Part shown: piece after piece, positions 22,201 to 31,121 of the stretch
How the letters are laid out: each line of letters opens with the position of its first letter
Position numbering within the stretch: position 1 is the stretch's first letter
IMG/VR virus record: IMGVR_UViG_3300025133_000073
Location: 11,407-75,406 of that record
Reading direction: 5' to 3' (one strand)
From: a virus
Length of the DNA: 64,000 nt
Made by a program: the position numbers and the translations under genes
Notes under the pieces: generated by a model
The model's input: the letters and a program-made list of their open reading frames with translations, nothing else
The model's database searches: none
What the model was told of the DNA's origin: nothing

Positions 22201-22388
22201 GCATCATCTGGAGTAGCAAGCCCTGGTTCGACATGCATCTCTGATCTTACCTTATCAAGAACACCTGTGACATTATCATCTCTATTCCTCTGATACTGCG
22301 CCATAGCGAACATCTTCTCGAAAGGAAAAGGTTCATAGGTCTGTTGCATAGCAGCAGGGTTGAACTGTGTAAATCTATTGACTCCCAT
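19296..22388 (-). CDS. Virion cargo/ejection protein (1030 aa) with C-terminal lysozyme/transglycosylase-like domain
   Basis: C-terminal IMAKESS...YKGHFQLG...LAYAHNAGA matches the lysozyme-like fold (catalytic ES, GxxQ, AxNxG). Sits between the muzzle and RNAP genes. Confidence 0.7.
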   Translation of the reverse strand: MGVNRFTQFNPAAMQQTYEPFPFEKMFAMAQYQRNRDDNVTGVLDKVRSEMHVEPGLATPDDARMVNADRDAAVADITSRYRSGELDYSGVTDAIWKMRQGWENDNRAKFVKSDFNMKNAILAETLKEGYGTTDAYGIHNPDAHTWTIPDKEAIIKAGGMVTGDMYNRLSTKGAPIAYKTFLDPIKADAITNHGYVEDPDTGQLIATVTTKDSSLDLTQIGRKVKPALEQLSSDPYGHGRLDQAGGADGELQKHIAMRQYQERIQGREFTYSDLKKELMAEASKMIKLNTSETSTSPKTPKSGGGGVGGDGGLFGGGARTGPIMPSAVTDSEIGGSSSPSIAAADLTGMNPYDEPDTPINKKTGLPETTRNGVNHSNIFAFSAAEQQDVLEKTIESFTTELMNSRSEIPVPGGTAYTMTIDQVNQEARKRGEAHFARQKKVAAAYRDASIEAVEAGITVPVLDENGKFKNQGTGRWGEVEKDLNTIVANTSADKETMDEVNNRIDRSDLPRAVKIAMKTMSFSSVADFNASVVKKVRSIWQGTGDILGLRAHDKFMDIYDQQLATKFGASEFAPLMYPLFSTEDTETVSKDQLASHRALITAAKDIAENGSGGIYYNNVRLNAPNEEGEDGMTRHKLFTQDGGTDYFIGHQYHAEEYRYDQDHNKVFVSGKYKKKNQSFDKTKPESADNPFYVESNLYEIDVTETAFSTMSYDQVRALHIMDAIQTSMETIGKGMITSVPLFEPDNVLEAMDDLVIKKNMDNTWAIHRGKTNTPNGKVAEISDILRDPDKYGINRPPENPDRLSRGQLMSHIMDVTYSRSGDPDEMARRTEAATGERRSRKGDDIPTDWRTRFTKLSSFGNFREGFINDDVSDEMIAEYTAGIMAKESSDGTDNEMYGGYKGQYKGHFQLGNDAIRDAARDIGKPIPTIDELEDDHDLQAELFYAYSAKNYRKLKNDMDNFSELSTKQQMMVLAYAHNAGASRTAGGKDEGVTVWQDKDGNWQVNVGGFTDGFGTSSSDFTDEMDHRFDG

Positions 22389-22390
22389 GA

Positions 22391-24499
22391 TTATTTCGTT
22401 TTACCGAATATTTTAGCGAACATCATTTTGACCATTGTGTCATTGTCGATCTTCTGACCTTCATTGAGAACAGATGATACTCCTTGTCCTATGCCTTGCA
22501 TGGCAGCAAATTTATTGGTCTGATATTGTCCTTTGTTGGCAGCAGTTGCCTGCTGTGCCTGAATCTCATTACCTATGTTGTATTGAGATGCCTGATTGTC
22601 TATGCCTACATTGGCATTCTGTATCTGCTCTCTTATTCCTGATCGGGACCCTGCTTCCTGCGTAGCAAGTGCTGATAGAGCTCCAAGATCTAAACGACCC
22701 TGCTGTCTCATAGCTTCTCTTGCTGATGCATAAGAATCCCGTGCTTCACGAAGAGGTACAAGTCCACTCATGTGCTTAGGAGAATATTTAGGATAGCTCA
22801 CTCTGTCGTAATCCTTACCCTCTCCGAAGAGGTAAGCAAGATTAGGTGCTATCTGTGCAAGTGCTCCTATACCTGATTGAATATATTTACCTGTGTTATC
22901 GGTCTTAGCCTTCTTAGGATCTTTAGGATCTTTAGGATCTTTAGGATCTTTAGGATCTTTAGGATCTTTAGGTCTTTTATCAGGATTGTCATAATTACCA
23001 CTTACGTTCTGTTCAAAGTACAGTTGGTCTGAATCCTTTTCAGAGATCACATATGGATCATCTTCAATTGATACAGGATCTTCCTTATCCAATATTTCCA
23101 TAAAAGGCCATGCGTAATCAACCTTAGGTTGAGATGGAGAACCTCCTTTTTCTGCACCTACTCCGCCAGGTCGTTCTGCATTGACCGCTTGTAAATACTC
23201 CTGTAATGCTTCTTGATCCCACTCTAACGCCTGAGGGTTGATAGGAGCAGTGTTGAAATCTGTACTCCATGGATCGTTCGGATCAGTAGGATCAGTATAG
23301 TTAACACCTCCTGGTGCAAAACTACGTGCTCCTCCGTTAGCCATATGTCTTACTCCTCCTGTACCTACACTACGTGGTACGTTTATCTTAGGTGCTACTC
23401 TGTTCTGTATACCTTTTGGTGTATTATATGAAGTTCCTGCTGCAGCACGTTCTCTACCTAATGTTGCGATCATTTCTTTATTGGCACCTCGTTCTACAAA
23501 AGCTCTTCTTTTCTTTTCTAAAGCTGCGTCTCCTACTCCGCCTATTCCTCCAAATGCTATTAAATTTAGGAAGTTTGCCCCGATCGCATCACCTGTAGAT
23601 ATTGCACCACTCTTATGATCAGCAGCAATATCAAAAGTTGACCCCATAGGATCAGCCATGCCTCCGAAATATGCAGCAACTTCAGCCCCCTCTTTATTAT
23701 CGTCTGCACGAGCAGCATCTCTACCTGCTTCAAAACCGCTTGATATCCCTTTTCCTGCCCCGTAGAACTGACCTACGAATGGAATTGCAGAAGCAACGGC
23801 ATCAACTGATGCTTCACCTGCCTGCATTCCTGCATCTTTTTGTCCCACTCCTTCTGCTGCATAAGGATCGTTTGGAGCAAGTCCACTTAATCCTTGCCCT
23901 AAAGCGCCTGCAGCCTTTGCATAACCTGCAACAGAGCTTACTGAACCTGGGTGTCCTTGAGGACTGTTATCTCCTATGCCAGTACTTGCACTACGTTCAG
24001 AGCCTGCAGGTATAGCAGGTGCTCCTGATAGGTCTTCTGTAGGAAGTTGTGTAAGATCTGCAGTAGGCATGCCTGTATAAGAAACTCGTTCGGCAGTAGG
24101 GTCTTCCATTATGTCTGGGATAGAATACCGACCGTTATATCCTCCCTGTGCATACTTTCTTCGAGCTCCTCCCTGAGCAAATGTCTCCTGTCCTCCTGCA
24201 AGCGGGTCGATACCCTCTGCAAGTAGATCTGACATTTCACTTTGGACGACCTCTTCAGCCTGCATGTAGAAACTTCTGTCTGAAACAGGATCACCTACTC
24301 TCTTTTCACGGAGTTTGTCAAGTTTCTCAAGGCGTACCTTATTAAGGGATTCCTTCCTCACAATGAACTCTGCATCGGGGGAAGACGGGAATGTGATCCC
24401 TATCTCTCCACCCTCTACATAGTCACCGTTGTATTCGATACCATTTTCAATGGCATGGGGATAACCCTCGAACTTCTTCAATCTTGAGTTTTCAGACAT
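22391..24499 (-). CDS. Virion cargo protein (702 aa), low complexity, with AxGG repeats and a PKD tripeptide repeat
   Basis: N-terminal GYPH...VEGGE motif; FAQGG, YAQGG, MANGG and FAPGG repeats; Gly/Ala/Gln-rich C-terminus. First gene after the muzzle. Confidence 0.65.
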   Translation of the reverse strand: MSENSRLKKFEGYPHAIENGIEYNGDYVEGGEIGITFPSSPDAEFIVRKESLNKVRLEKLDKLREKRVGDPVSDRSFYMQAEEVVQSEMSDLLAEGIDPLAGGQETFAQGGARRKYAQGGYNGRYSIPDIMEDPTAERVSYTGMPTADLTQLPTEDLSGAPAIPAGSERSASTGIGDNSPQGHPGSVSSVAGYAKAAGALGQGLSGLAPNDPYAAEGVGQKDAGMQAGEASVDAVASAIPFVGQFYGAGKGISSGFEAGRDAARADDNKEGAEVAAYFGGMADPMGSTFDIAADHKSGAISTGDAIGANFLNLIAFGGIGGVGDAALEKKRRAFVERGANKEMIATLGRERAAAGTSYNTPKGIQNRVAPKINVPRSVGTGGVRHMANGGARSFAPGGVNYTDPTDPNDPWSTDFNTAPINPQALEWDQEALQEYLQAVNAERPGGVGAEKGGSPSQPKVDYAWPFMEILDKEDPVSIEDDPYVISEKDSDQLYFEQNVSGNYDNPDKRPKDPKDPKDPKDPKDPKDPKKAKTDNTGKYIQSGIGALAQIAPNLAYLFGEGKDYDRVSYPKYSPKHMSGLVPLREARDSYASAREAMRQQGRLDLGALSALATQEAGSRSGIREQIQNANVGIDNQASQYNIGNEIQAQQATAANKGQYQTNKFAAMQGIGQGVSSVLNEGQKIDNDTMVKMMFAKIFGKTK
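22914..22972. repeat. 9-bp tandem repeat (TTAGGATCT x6 plus a partial copy) encoding (PKD)6
   Basis: Perfect tandem copies are visible directly; in frame within the 702-aa ORF. Confidence 0.95.
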
Positions 24500-24504
24500 C
24501 GCTA

Positions 24505-24512
24505 CAAATATA
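24505..24512 (-). promoter_or_regulatory. Bacteroidota -7 promoter box TATATTTG, 5 nt upstream of the cargo operon ATG
   Basis: Matches TAnnTTTG, in the intergenic gap. Confidence 0.65.
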
Positions 24513-24551
24513 GTTTAGATTCATTCATGTATCAAGTATGATTTTCTAATT

Positions 24552-27500
24552 TTACTTTAGGAATACCCTAATGGAATTAATTAGATAATGTAACTTAAAC
24601 TCTTTATCATCATTGTTTGTAAATTCAAACTTCTGTTTGCAGTAGTGACTGCGTATTCTATTCTTCGTTCCCTGTTCATATACGATATTATGTCTCCACT
24701 CACGTAATCTACGAATGAACTCTGTACGCTCCCCTGTCGTTTGATAAGGATTCCATACTGTCAATTTTGAGAAGGTCTCATCAGTGAGCTCTACTCCGTT
24801 GGCATCAAAGACCTCAGTGAGCCATCTCATATAATCAAATACCTTAGGGTATGACGCATGCTTATTTACCACAATGGTAACATGTGAAGTAGAGGGGTCG
24901 TTTCCGTAGAATACCCCTCTATCTCCTTTATCATGTAAGTACCCGTCTTCTCCGTTATCAGGGTCAGGTGATATTAAATGTTTATTATTATTGATATACA
25001 TGGTAGGCTTGTATGATCTGAATGATGTGAACCGTTGATGTTTATCGTCATATGCGATAGTGAATGCATTAGCTTCATACTCAGGTCTTACTTCACCTGC
25101 TACATCATAATCTGTAATATCATTCGCATCATGGAATGTGATAAGGAATTCTTTATTCCTGTTATCATATGTTGCTGTGATACCTGCTCTGTACGCTCCT
25201 ATAGGAAGAATACCATCATGTTGAAGTATCTGCCCTCTTGTATTCTCATATAACCATCCTTTGATCCTATCCTGAGTAAGATCTACAATTCCCTGTTGTG
25301 AATACATGTAGATGCCTCCATCCTTCTTATCAAAGAAAGTGAAAGCTTCAGCAGACTGAGCAAAGCTGAATTGATGCCAAGCACCCATTACTGTGGACAG
25401 GTAATCATATCTCGGAAGTACTCCTGATTTACCTATGACTATTCCTTTACCTTCGCTATCGTTGAGAACAGATCGATCATTTACTGATGCTACTCCTATG
25501 CCTCTTTCTTGAAAAGCAATGAGTGTATCGCTCTGATTGATCAATTGTCTGATCTCTCCAAGATCTCCACGGATATCAATATACGTCTCTCCATCAAATA
25601 ATCTCCACGCATCTGTCAGTTCACCATATACTTTCGTTGCTGATGCCCAGATACGTACAGGATGTACATTCTCGTAATCAGCATTGACAGGTATAGGAAA
25701 TGAACGTTGAGTATCCATCATCTGAGAATAGACATAATTATAAGCAAACCATTCTCCTTTTTGCTCCATAACAAATAGATCAGGCTCAGACGGTAAAGGA
25801 TCGTTTCCCCACCAGTAACCTGACGGATTCTGTTTACCATTGAGATGATAACCTTCTCTAAGATCTGTATTGACCGAAGATTCTACAGGAAAATATACTC
25901 CTGCCATAGAACGTCTATGTCCTGTATAATTAGGTCCTCCTGATCCTACATCATCATTATCGTCTTCTACCAGATTTTTTACCATCTTAAGAGTATCAAA
26001 GATGTTCACAAACGTATCTCCTCCATAAGAATCGACCGTATAAGATGAGGCATCAGTAATCTTAATGATAGTACCTGTATTGATATATTGATTGGTAGTA
26101 CGTGCAGCATGCGTCTGACCACCATATGCTCCATCGTTATCACGTACGATATTTACCATATATTTATCGGGTCGAGCAGTTCCAGTAGTTACTTGCATAC
26201 CCAGAGGATCAAAGGAGAGACCTGAACCTCGTGCATTGGGCTGATATTTAACGCTAAAGCCTTCGTCAAGAGCAAGAACTGTAGTGTCAGATCCACGTGA
26301 ATAACGTCCTCCCTCTACGTTATTCACACCTTTTAACGGGTGCGAAAGAGTTCCCTCAATCCACAGACTTCTATTTTCAAACTTACTACCATCTATTGTA
26401 AAATCGTCATCCCATCCGCAGCTTTGTCCTGCCCTAATTTCACGATATGGACCAAACAACGGGACTTCAAGAGGAACTCCTTGATATAATTTCCAGAATG
26501 CTCCATTTTGTACTTGCTTATTGTTTTGATCATCACTTTTGAATTTGACATTGTCATATTCAATTATGCCCTGTACAATCTTTATACGATCCCCTGGACG
26601 ATGATCATAGGTTTTACCGAATAAGAAATCGGGTGACTGCAACGTAACTATTCTTTGAGTACCATTTCTTACCTGTACCTCATTAGCTTCTTGATCATAC
26701 CCCACTCCGTAATCTTTCCAAGGAGTGTAAGTAGATAATTGTTGACCAAGAGAACTTGTCTCATATGCATAGTTTAACGTATGGTTCACATGATAATAAC
26801 TACCATTAGTATGATCATTGCCTAAAGGAAGCATGTACGAATTATTACGAGTATCAAGCATGGTATAATGAATCATCCCCTGTGCTATAACGGACTTATC
26901 CTTATCTTCTATTTTAACACGTTTGATCCTGAACTCATCTACTTGTTCACGAATATCTGCAGGTACGTTTACTGTAAATTCAATACCGAGCGCATTGACA
27001 TGCCATGTTTTAGTTCCCGTTTTAGTAGCAAGAGGAAATATCTTACCTTCATTCTCAGGAGCATCAAGCGGATGCGCCTCTTGATAATCCTCAAAGATGT
27101 CAGGCATGCGTATGTCACCTACCCATTTTGCATATCCCTCTCTACCGTCCTTTACAGGTACAAGTGAGTAACGATATGTCTCACCTCTTCTGTGACTACG
27201 GTAGATGTGATCAATATAAGGCGACTTGAAGTCAGGCCAAGAATCTCCTGTTTCATAATTTGATCCTCCTACATTTACAGATCCTGGTGTATGATGGTAT
27301 ATCCATCTCCACGGATAGGCATATGCGTTTGTTTCTCTATAATCAGCGGCAAGGGGCTTATCAACAAATTTATAACTTACGTTGGGACCTTCTCCTCCGA
27401 GTGTTTCACCATCTGATTGATATCTGTATATCTCCTGATCCTGATTAATAGCATCAGCATCTTCCTCGTATTCAAAAGGAAAACTCGGTAGAAGTAAAGT

Positions 27501-28964
27501 TGTAGTAGATACGGGATCAGGAGTATTATTGGACAGTACTAATCCGTGAGATTGCGCCACAGGAGCCAGTATAAGTGTTGGAGGAGTTGTCGAATGGTCA
27601 TAAGAATCTTGAGGAGTACGTGATGCAAACCTATATGCTCTCGCATCAAAATCGATATCGAATTGATCACCGCTTGTATTTGCTGCAAATAGGATATTAT
27701 CCTTTTGTGCTATGGTATAACATTTTCTGAACAGATTACTGAGTTTTGTGAACGCCACTTCAGTGATCGTAGATGCCTCCTCTGTTCCTGTGTGCTTGTA
27801 ATAGATGGTTGAACTTGATGCAGGTATCTCAGCAACCTTGTCAATAAAGGTCACACCGTTCTCATCTTCCTTTCTTAGGATGATAATGTCAATATACTCG
27901 AATGAGGTATCAACATTATCGATCTTGATGATGAATGCGTTATTTGAAACTGTCTGACTTTCTGCGCCGTTATAGGTCTGATAAGAATTATTAATACTAT
28001 CGTCAGTGATGAATATACTGTTCGATGTATGTGCGTAAGGAGTTACACCTCCTGCAAGAGTACGTAACGCATATGACACCTGATAATGACCTACAAGTAA
28101 TGATCCTCCATCGACAACTTCCTCCAATGTAGGTTTGTCCAATTGTATGTCGAGAGATATCCCAATGGTACTCGGACTTACTGCCATCAGGTTCTCATCT
28201 GCAAAATTGATCGATTTGAGGTCGTTCAGTCTATCTGTCCAATATGAACGTGCAATACTTGGAGTTTCATGTACTGTCTCTATGCCTCCAGGATTAGCAA
28301 TAGGAAACTGCTGTGTAACATTCAAAAGGTCTGAATACAGAAGTGAGATGGTAGAAGTAAGAGTGACATCATCTATTTCTAATTTATACCACGAACCTAC
28401 TCCGCCTGTAGATGTATTATCATTTGTAACAAGTAGATATATGGTATTATCAGCATTGTCCCATCCTATGATCTTCTGATCGAGCTGCGCTACCTGTAGA
28501 GTATATTCGGTATAAGATGATGCTGCGCTGAACGATATGATCTCCGTAGTATATGACCACACACGCAGTCTATTACCTATACGTGCCACATTGAGATTCA
28601 ACGTAGGAAAGTCATTATTCAATGAATCCTCTATCTGATCTACAAAATCATCAACATCAGTATTCGTTCCTGTAATTAATGAACCTGTTGCAATTCCTGA
28701 TGATGTGACAAGTTGCGTAGATGTAGTAAATAAGGATGTAAGTGCGCTTTCAACTACCTCTATTGTAATAATGTTAGGCGTGTCAGGAACAGTGAATAGA
28801 AATTCATTCCCTTTCACGTTGGTCACTATATAGTCTGAAGCTCCCGCATTAGAATTGAGTCTAATATCGAGAGCATCTTCGTAAGTGGTATTCTCTTTAG
28901 CGGTATCTGCAATATCCTTTACAAGACCTTTGGCAAACCCGTTTGCGATCTCTTCTGCTTTCAT
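24552..28964 (-). CDS. Tail stabilization/muzzle protein (1470 aa)
   Basis: N-terminal F.KGL.KD...Y.DA..IR motif, YWTD..N motif and RGETYRY motif typical of crAss-like tail stabilization proteins. Follows the tail tubular gene. Confidence 0.8.
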   Translation of the reverse strand: MKAEEIANGFAKGLVKDIADTAKENTTYEDALDIRLNSNAGASDYIVTNVKGNEFLFTVPDTPNIITIEVVESALTSLFTTSTQLVTSSGIATGSLITGTNTDVDDFVDQIEDSLNNDFPTLNLNVARIGNRLRVWSYTTEIISFSAASSYTEYTLQVAQLDQKIIGWDNADNTIYLLVTNDNTSTGGVGSWYKLEIDDVTLTSTISLLYSDLLNVTQQFPIANPGGIETVHETPSIARSYWTDRLNDLKSINFADENLMAVSPSTIGISLDIQLDKPTLEEVVDGGSLLVGHYQVSYALRTLAGGVTPYAHTSNSIFITDDSINNSYQTYNGAESQTVSNNAFIIKIDNVDTSFEYIDIIILRKEDENGVTFIDKVAEIPASSSTIYYKHTGTEEASTITEVAFTKLSNLFRKCYTIAQKDNILFAANTSGDQFDIDFDARAYRFASRTPQDSYDHSTTPPTLILAPVAQSHGLVLSNNTPDPVSTTTLLLPSFPFEYEEDADAINQDQEIYRYQSDGETLGGEGPNVSYKFVDKPLAADYRETNAYAYPWRWIYHHTPGSVNVGGSNYETGDSWPDFKSPYIDHIYRSHRRGETYRYSLVPVKDGREGYAKWVGDIRMPDIFEDYQEAHPLDAPENEGKIFPLATKTGTKTWHVNALGIEFTVNVPADIREQVDEFRIKRVKIEDKDKSVIAQGMIHYTMLDTRNNSYMLPLGNDHTNGSYYHVNHTLNYAYETSSLGQQLSTYTPWKDYGVGYDQEANEVQVRNGTQRIVTLQSPDFLFGKTYDHRPGDRIKIVQGIIEYDNVKFKSDDQNNKQVQNGAFWKLYQGVPLEVPLFGPYREIRAGQSCGWDDDFTIDGSKFENRSLWIEGTLSHPLKGVNNVEGGRYSRGSDTTVLALDEGFSVKYQPNARGSGLSFDPLGMQVTTGTARPDKYMVNIVRDNDGAYGGQTHAARTTNQYINTGTIIKITDASSYTVDSYGGDTFVNIFDTLKMVKNLVEDDNDDVGSGGPNYTGHRRSMAGVYFPVESSVNTDLREGYHLNGKQNPSGYWWGNDPLPSEPDLFVMEQKGEWFAYNYVYSQMMDTQRSFPIPVNADYENVHPVRIWASATKVYGELTDAWRLFDGETYIDIRGDLGEIRQLINQSDTLIAFQERGIGVASVNDRSVLNDSEGKGIVIGKSGVLPRYDYLSTVMGAWHQFSFAQSAEAFTFFDKKDGGIYMYSQQGIVDLTQDRIKGWLYENTRGQILQHDGILPIGAYRAGITATYDNRNKEFLITFHDANDITDYDVAGEVRPEYEANAFTIAYDDKHQRFTSFRSYKPTMYINNNKHLISPDPDNGEDGYLHDKGDRGVFYGNDPSTSHVTIVVNKHASYPKVFDYMRWLTEVFDANGVELTDETFSKLTVWNPYQTTGERTEFIRRLREWRHNIVYEQGTKNRIRSHYCKQKFEFTNNDDKEFKLHYLINSIRVFLK

Positions 28965-29698
28965 GATCTATATCCTGTGTGATTCCGCATGACCTGTTGT
29001 TTACCAAGGTCTCTGAACCCACTATTTGATTCGTTTCTGAATGTTACAAGTCTTCTGAACTGACCTCCGATACTCTCCATCTTATCTCTGTTCGGAACAA
29101 GAGGCTTCGTCTGTGCTTTACCCATGTACCATGCGCGTTCCTGCTGAAGCAGTCTATACTTGTCTCCTCTGAGCTTATCTCTGAGAAACAGCTTATAACC
29201 TATGCGTTCTGCCACATATGCTACGACCATCTGCTTGAAGACCTCATCGTCAGGTATAAGAGGGAATCCTCTATCATCTACGGGGAATGCATGATATGCC
29301 ATCTCGATCTCACCTGTATCAAAATTGGTGAAGATGTAATTATCATTCACCTTATAGGTCAGATCTGATCTACACTGAAGATCCACACAATCAGCAGCAT
29401 GTCTGCTGAAATGAAAGGAATCAGTAGAATATCTCAATGGAGCTCCGTCACACATGCGTGTCTGAATGATATCTCTCAGATCACATGGGAGTTCTCCCCT
29501 GCCGTCCACTATTGTAATGAATGGATGATCAACACCGTCAGTAATGCGTTCCTTATACTGCATAGGAGTATTAGCAAGATCGATAGCGTCACCTATCCAT
29601 TCTGCAATATTCACCCAATCAGTATCTACAGTGAATCCCGTATCACGGTAAACACGTTCTACTATTGTCTCTAAGCCAACATATTTTCCGTTCAACAT
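28961..29698 (-). CDS. Tail tubular/ring protein (245 aa)
   Basis: ELPCDL...YKVNDNYIFTNF..G...MAY.AFPVDDRGFPLIPD motif; synteny with the muzzle gene. Confidence 0.75.
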   Translation of the reverse strand: MLNGKYVGLETIVERVYRDTGFTVDTDWVNIAEWIGDAIDLANTPMQYKERITDGVDHPFITIVDGRGELPCDLRDIIQTRMCDGAPLRYSTDSFHFSRHAADCVDLQCRSDLTYKVNDNYIFTNFDTGEIEMAYHAFPVDDRGFPLIPDDEVFKQMVVAYVAERIGYKLFLRDKLRGDKYRLLQQERAWYMGKAQTKPLVPNRDKMESIGGQFRRLVTFRNESNSGFRDLGKQQVMRNHTGYRS

Positions 29699-29700
29699 GG

Positions 29701-29946
29701 TTATAGATTATCTATTGCAGCATATACAGCTTCCCTTGTTGCAAATGGTTGTTCTGAGGGAGTGTCAGATTTCTTATCAAGAGGATTGGTAGATGAGATG
29801 TATAACTTACTCTCATCAAAATACTTACCGTCCTTTTCACCGTACTTGTTGATGCGGATAACGAAACCGTTCTCAGCTTTATCAACACATACCTCTTTGG
29901 TGACACCGTTTGAGGTCTCACTCATTTTTGTTAGATCACTTTTCAT
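29701..29946 (-). CDS. Hypothetical protein (81 aa)
   Basis: Fills the gap in the operon and abuts both neighbours. Confidence 0.6.
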   Translation of the reverse strand: MKSDLTKMSETSNGVTKEVCVDKAENGFVIRINKYGEKDGKYFDESKLYISSTNPLDKKSDTPSEQPFATREAVYAAIDNL

Positions 29947-30439
29947 AAAAATCTACTTTTCTCAATGGGTCCTTCATAGCTCTTCCGAGCTCTCGTTTCA
30001 CACCTTTTACAGCATGAAAGCCGTATCCGAATATGTTCTTCACATCTGCACCTGTCTTCTTCCACTTGAAAGATGCCACGTAGCCTCCTGAATGAAGATT
30101 ACGGTGATATATATACTTCACCTTTCTTGTTTCAGGTTGCTCCTTCCAAAGTTGTTGAGTAGCATGCATATCGATAGGGAGATTCAATCTTCCATTCGGC
30201 ATCATCCTTACTTTGGGTTTATTTTTCAATATGATGATCGTACCTAATTTATAAGGCATCTTGAATATGAAATTATGATCGATCATCCTCTGTACTATTT
30301 TACGATTCACTTCATGCACAGCTTTATTGATCACCATACGTGGTAGATCATATCCTGTGTCCTTCTCGATAGAGTCAAGCCCTTTTCGATAAGATTGGTA
30401 TAACTCCTTAGATCCTATGTCGGTCTTATTTCTGTACAT
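29936..30439 (-). CDS. HU/IHF-like DNA-binding protein (crAss-type)
   Basis: Basic protein with an FKMPYKLGTIII motif. Conserved crAss-like position before the tail tube gene. Start moved to MYRNK to limit overlap. Confidence 0.65.
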   Translation of the reverse strand: MYRNKTDIGSKELYQSYRKGLDSIEKDTGYDLPRMVINKAVHEVNRKIVQRMIDHNFIFKMPYKLGTIIILKNKPKVRMMPNGRLNLPIDMHATQQLWKEQPETRKVKYIYHRNLHSGGYVASFKWKKTGADVKNIFGYGFHAVKGVKRELGRAMKDPLRKVDFYEK

Positions 30440-31121
30440 TCTGAGTAGGAGGTGTATGTGTTCCATCGTTTACCGCATCATTCGGTATCATCATTTTACG
30501 CAATATCTGTTGAGTAATAGGTTCTTTCATGTATTGCCACATCCAATCTGTAAGCGGATACTCATTATCATCTGAATAACAAGGAGATCCACTGCATGTA
30601 TTGAATACTGCCGCATCCGTAGGGTCAGCAGCTACCATGCGTACAGATATCTTCTGTAGAAGCATTACGGTAGGACTCTTCGATACAAGGAACAGATAGC
30701 CGTTTCTGCGGTAAGCAGTTATCATTTCACTGTTGAATTTACTATTACCGAAGAAGAGCGCCTCATTGTATCCCTTGACAGAGAAAGGCTTCTCATTCGA
30801 TAAGGCAGGTCCTACACGTTCTATCGCCTCTCTATGATGCAGAGCAATAGGAGTAGGTAACTTGAGTGCCGTACGCATGATCTTACATCCTGATGTGAAA
30901 TCACAGCATTCTGATACATCTGCCTGTTGTATGTCAACGCACCCAAGATCCTGTATGAGTTCCTCAGGTATAGCACGGTTCTTATTCAATTCGTTACGTA
31001 CCCATACTGCACGTTGATTATGTATGAGGTCTTTGATGTAACGTCTGTCAAGAACGTCATCATCATGGATCTCAGGGCGCACTGCCTCTATTACCTGATC
31101 TGTATATTCATTAAGTGTCAT
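30426..31121 (-). CDS. Tail ring/head-tail connector protein (231 aa)
   Basis: MTLNE...R.I..LI..QRA..., QDLGCV and EYPL motifs resemble crAss-like ring proteins; synteny fits. Confidence 0.65.
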   Translation of the reverse strand: MTLNEYTDQVIEAVRPEIHDDDVLDRRYIKDLIHNQRAVWVRNELNKNRAIPEELIQDLGCVDIQQADVSECCDFTSGCKIMRTALKLPTPIALHHREAIERVGPALSNEKPFSVKGYNEALFFGNSKFNSEMITAYRRNGYLFLVSKSPTVMLLQKISVRMVAADPTDAAVFNTCSGSPCYSDDNEYPLTDWMWQYMKEPITQQILRKMMIPNDAVNDGTHTPPTQNVQK

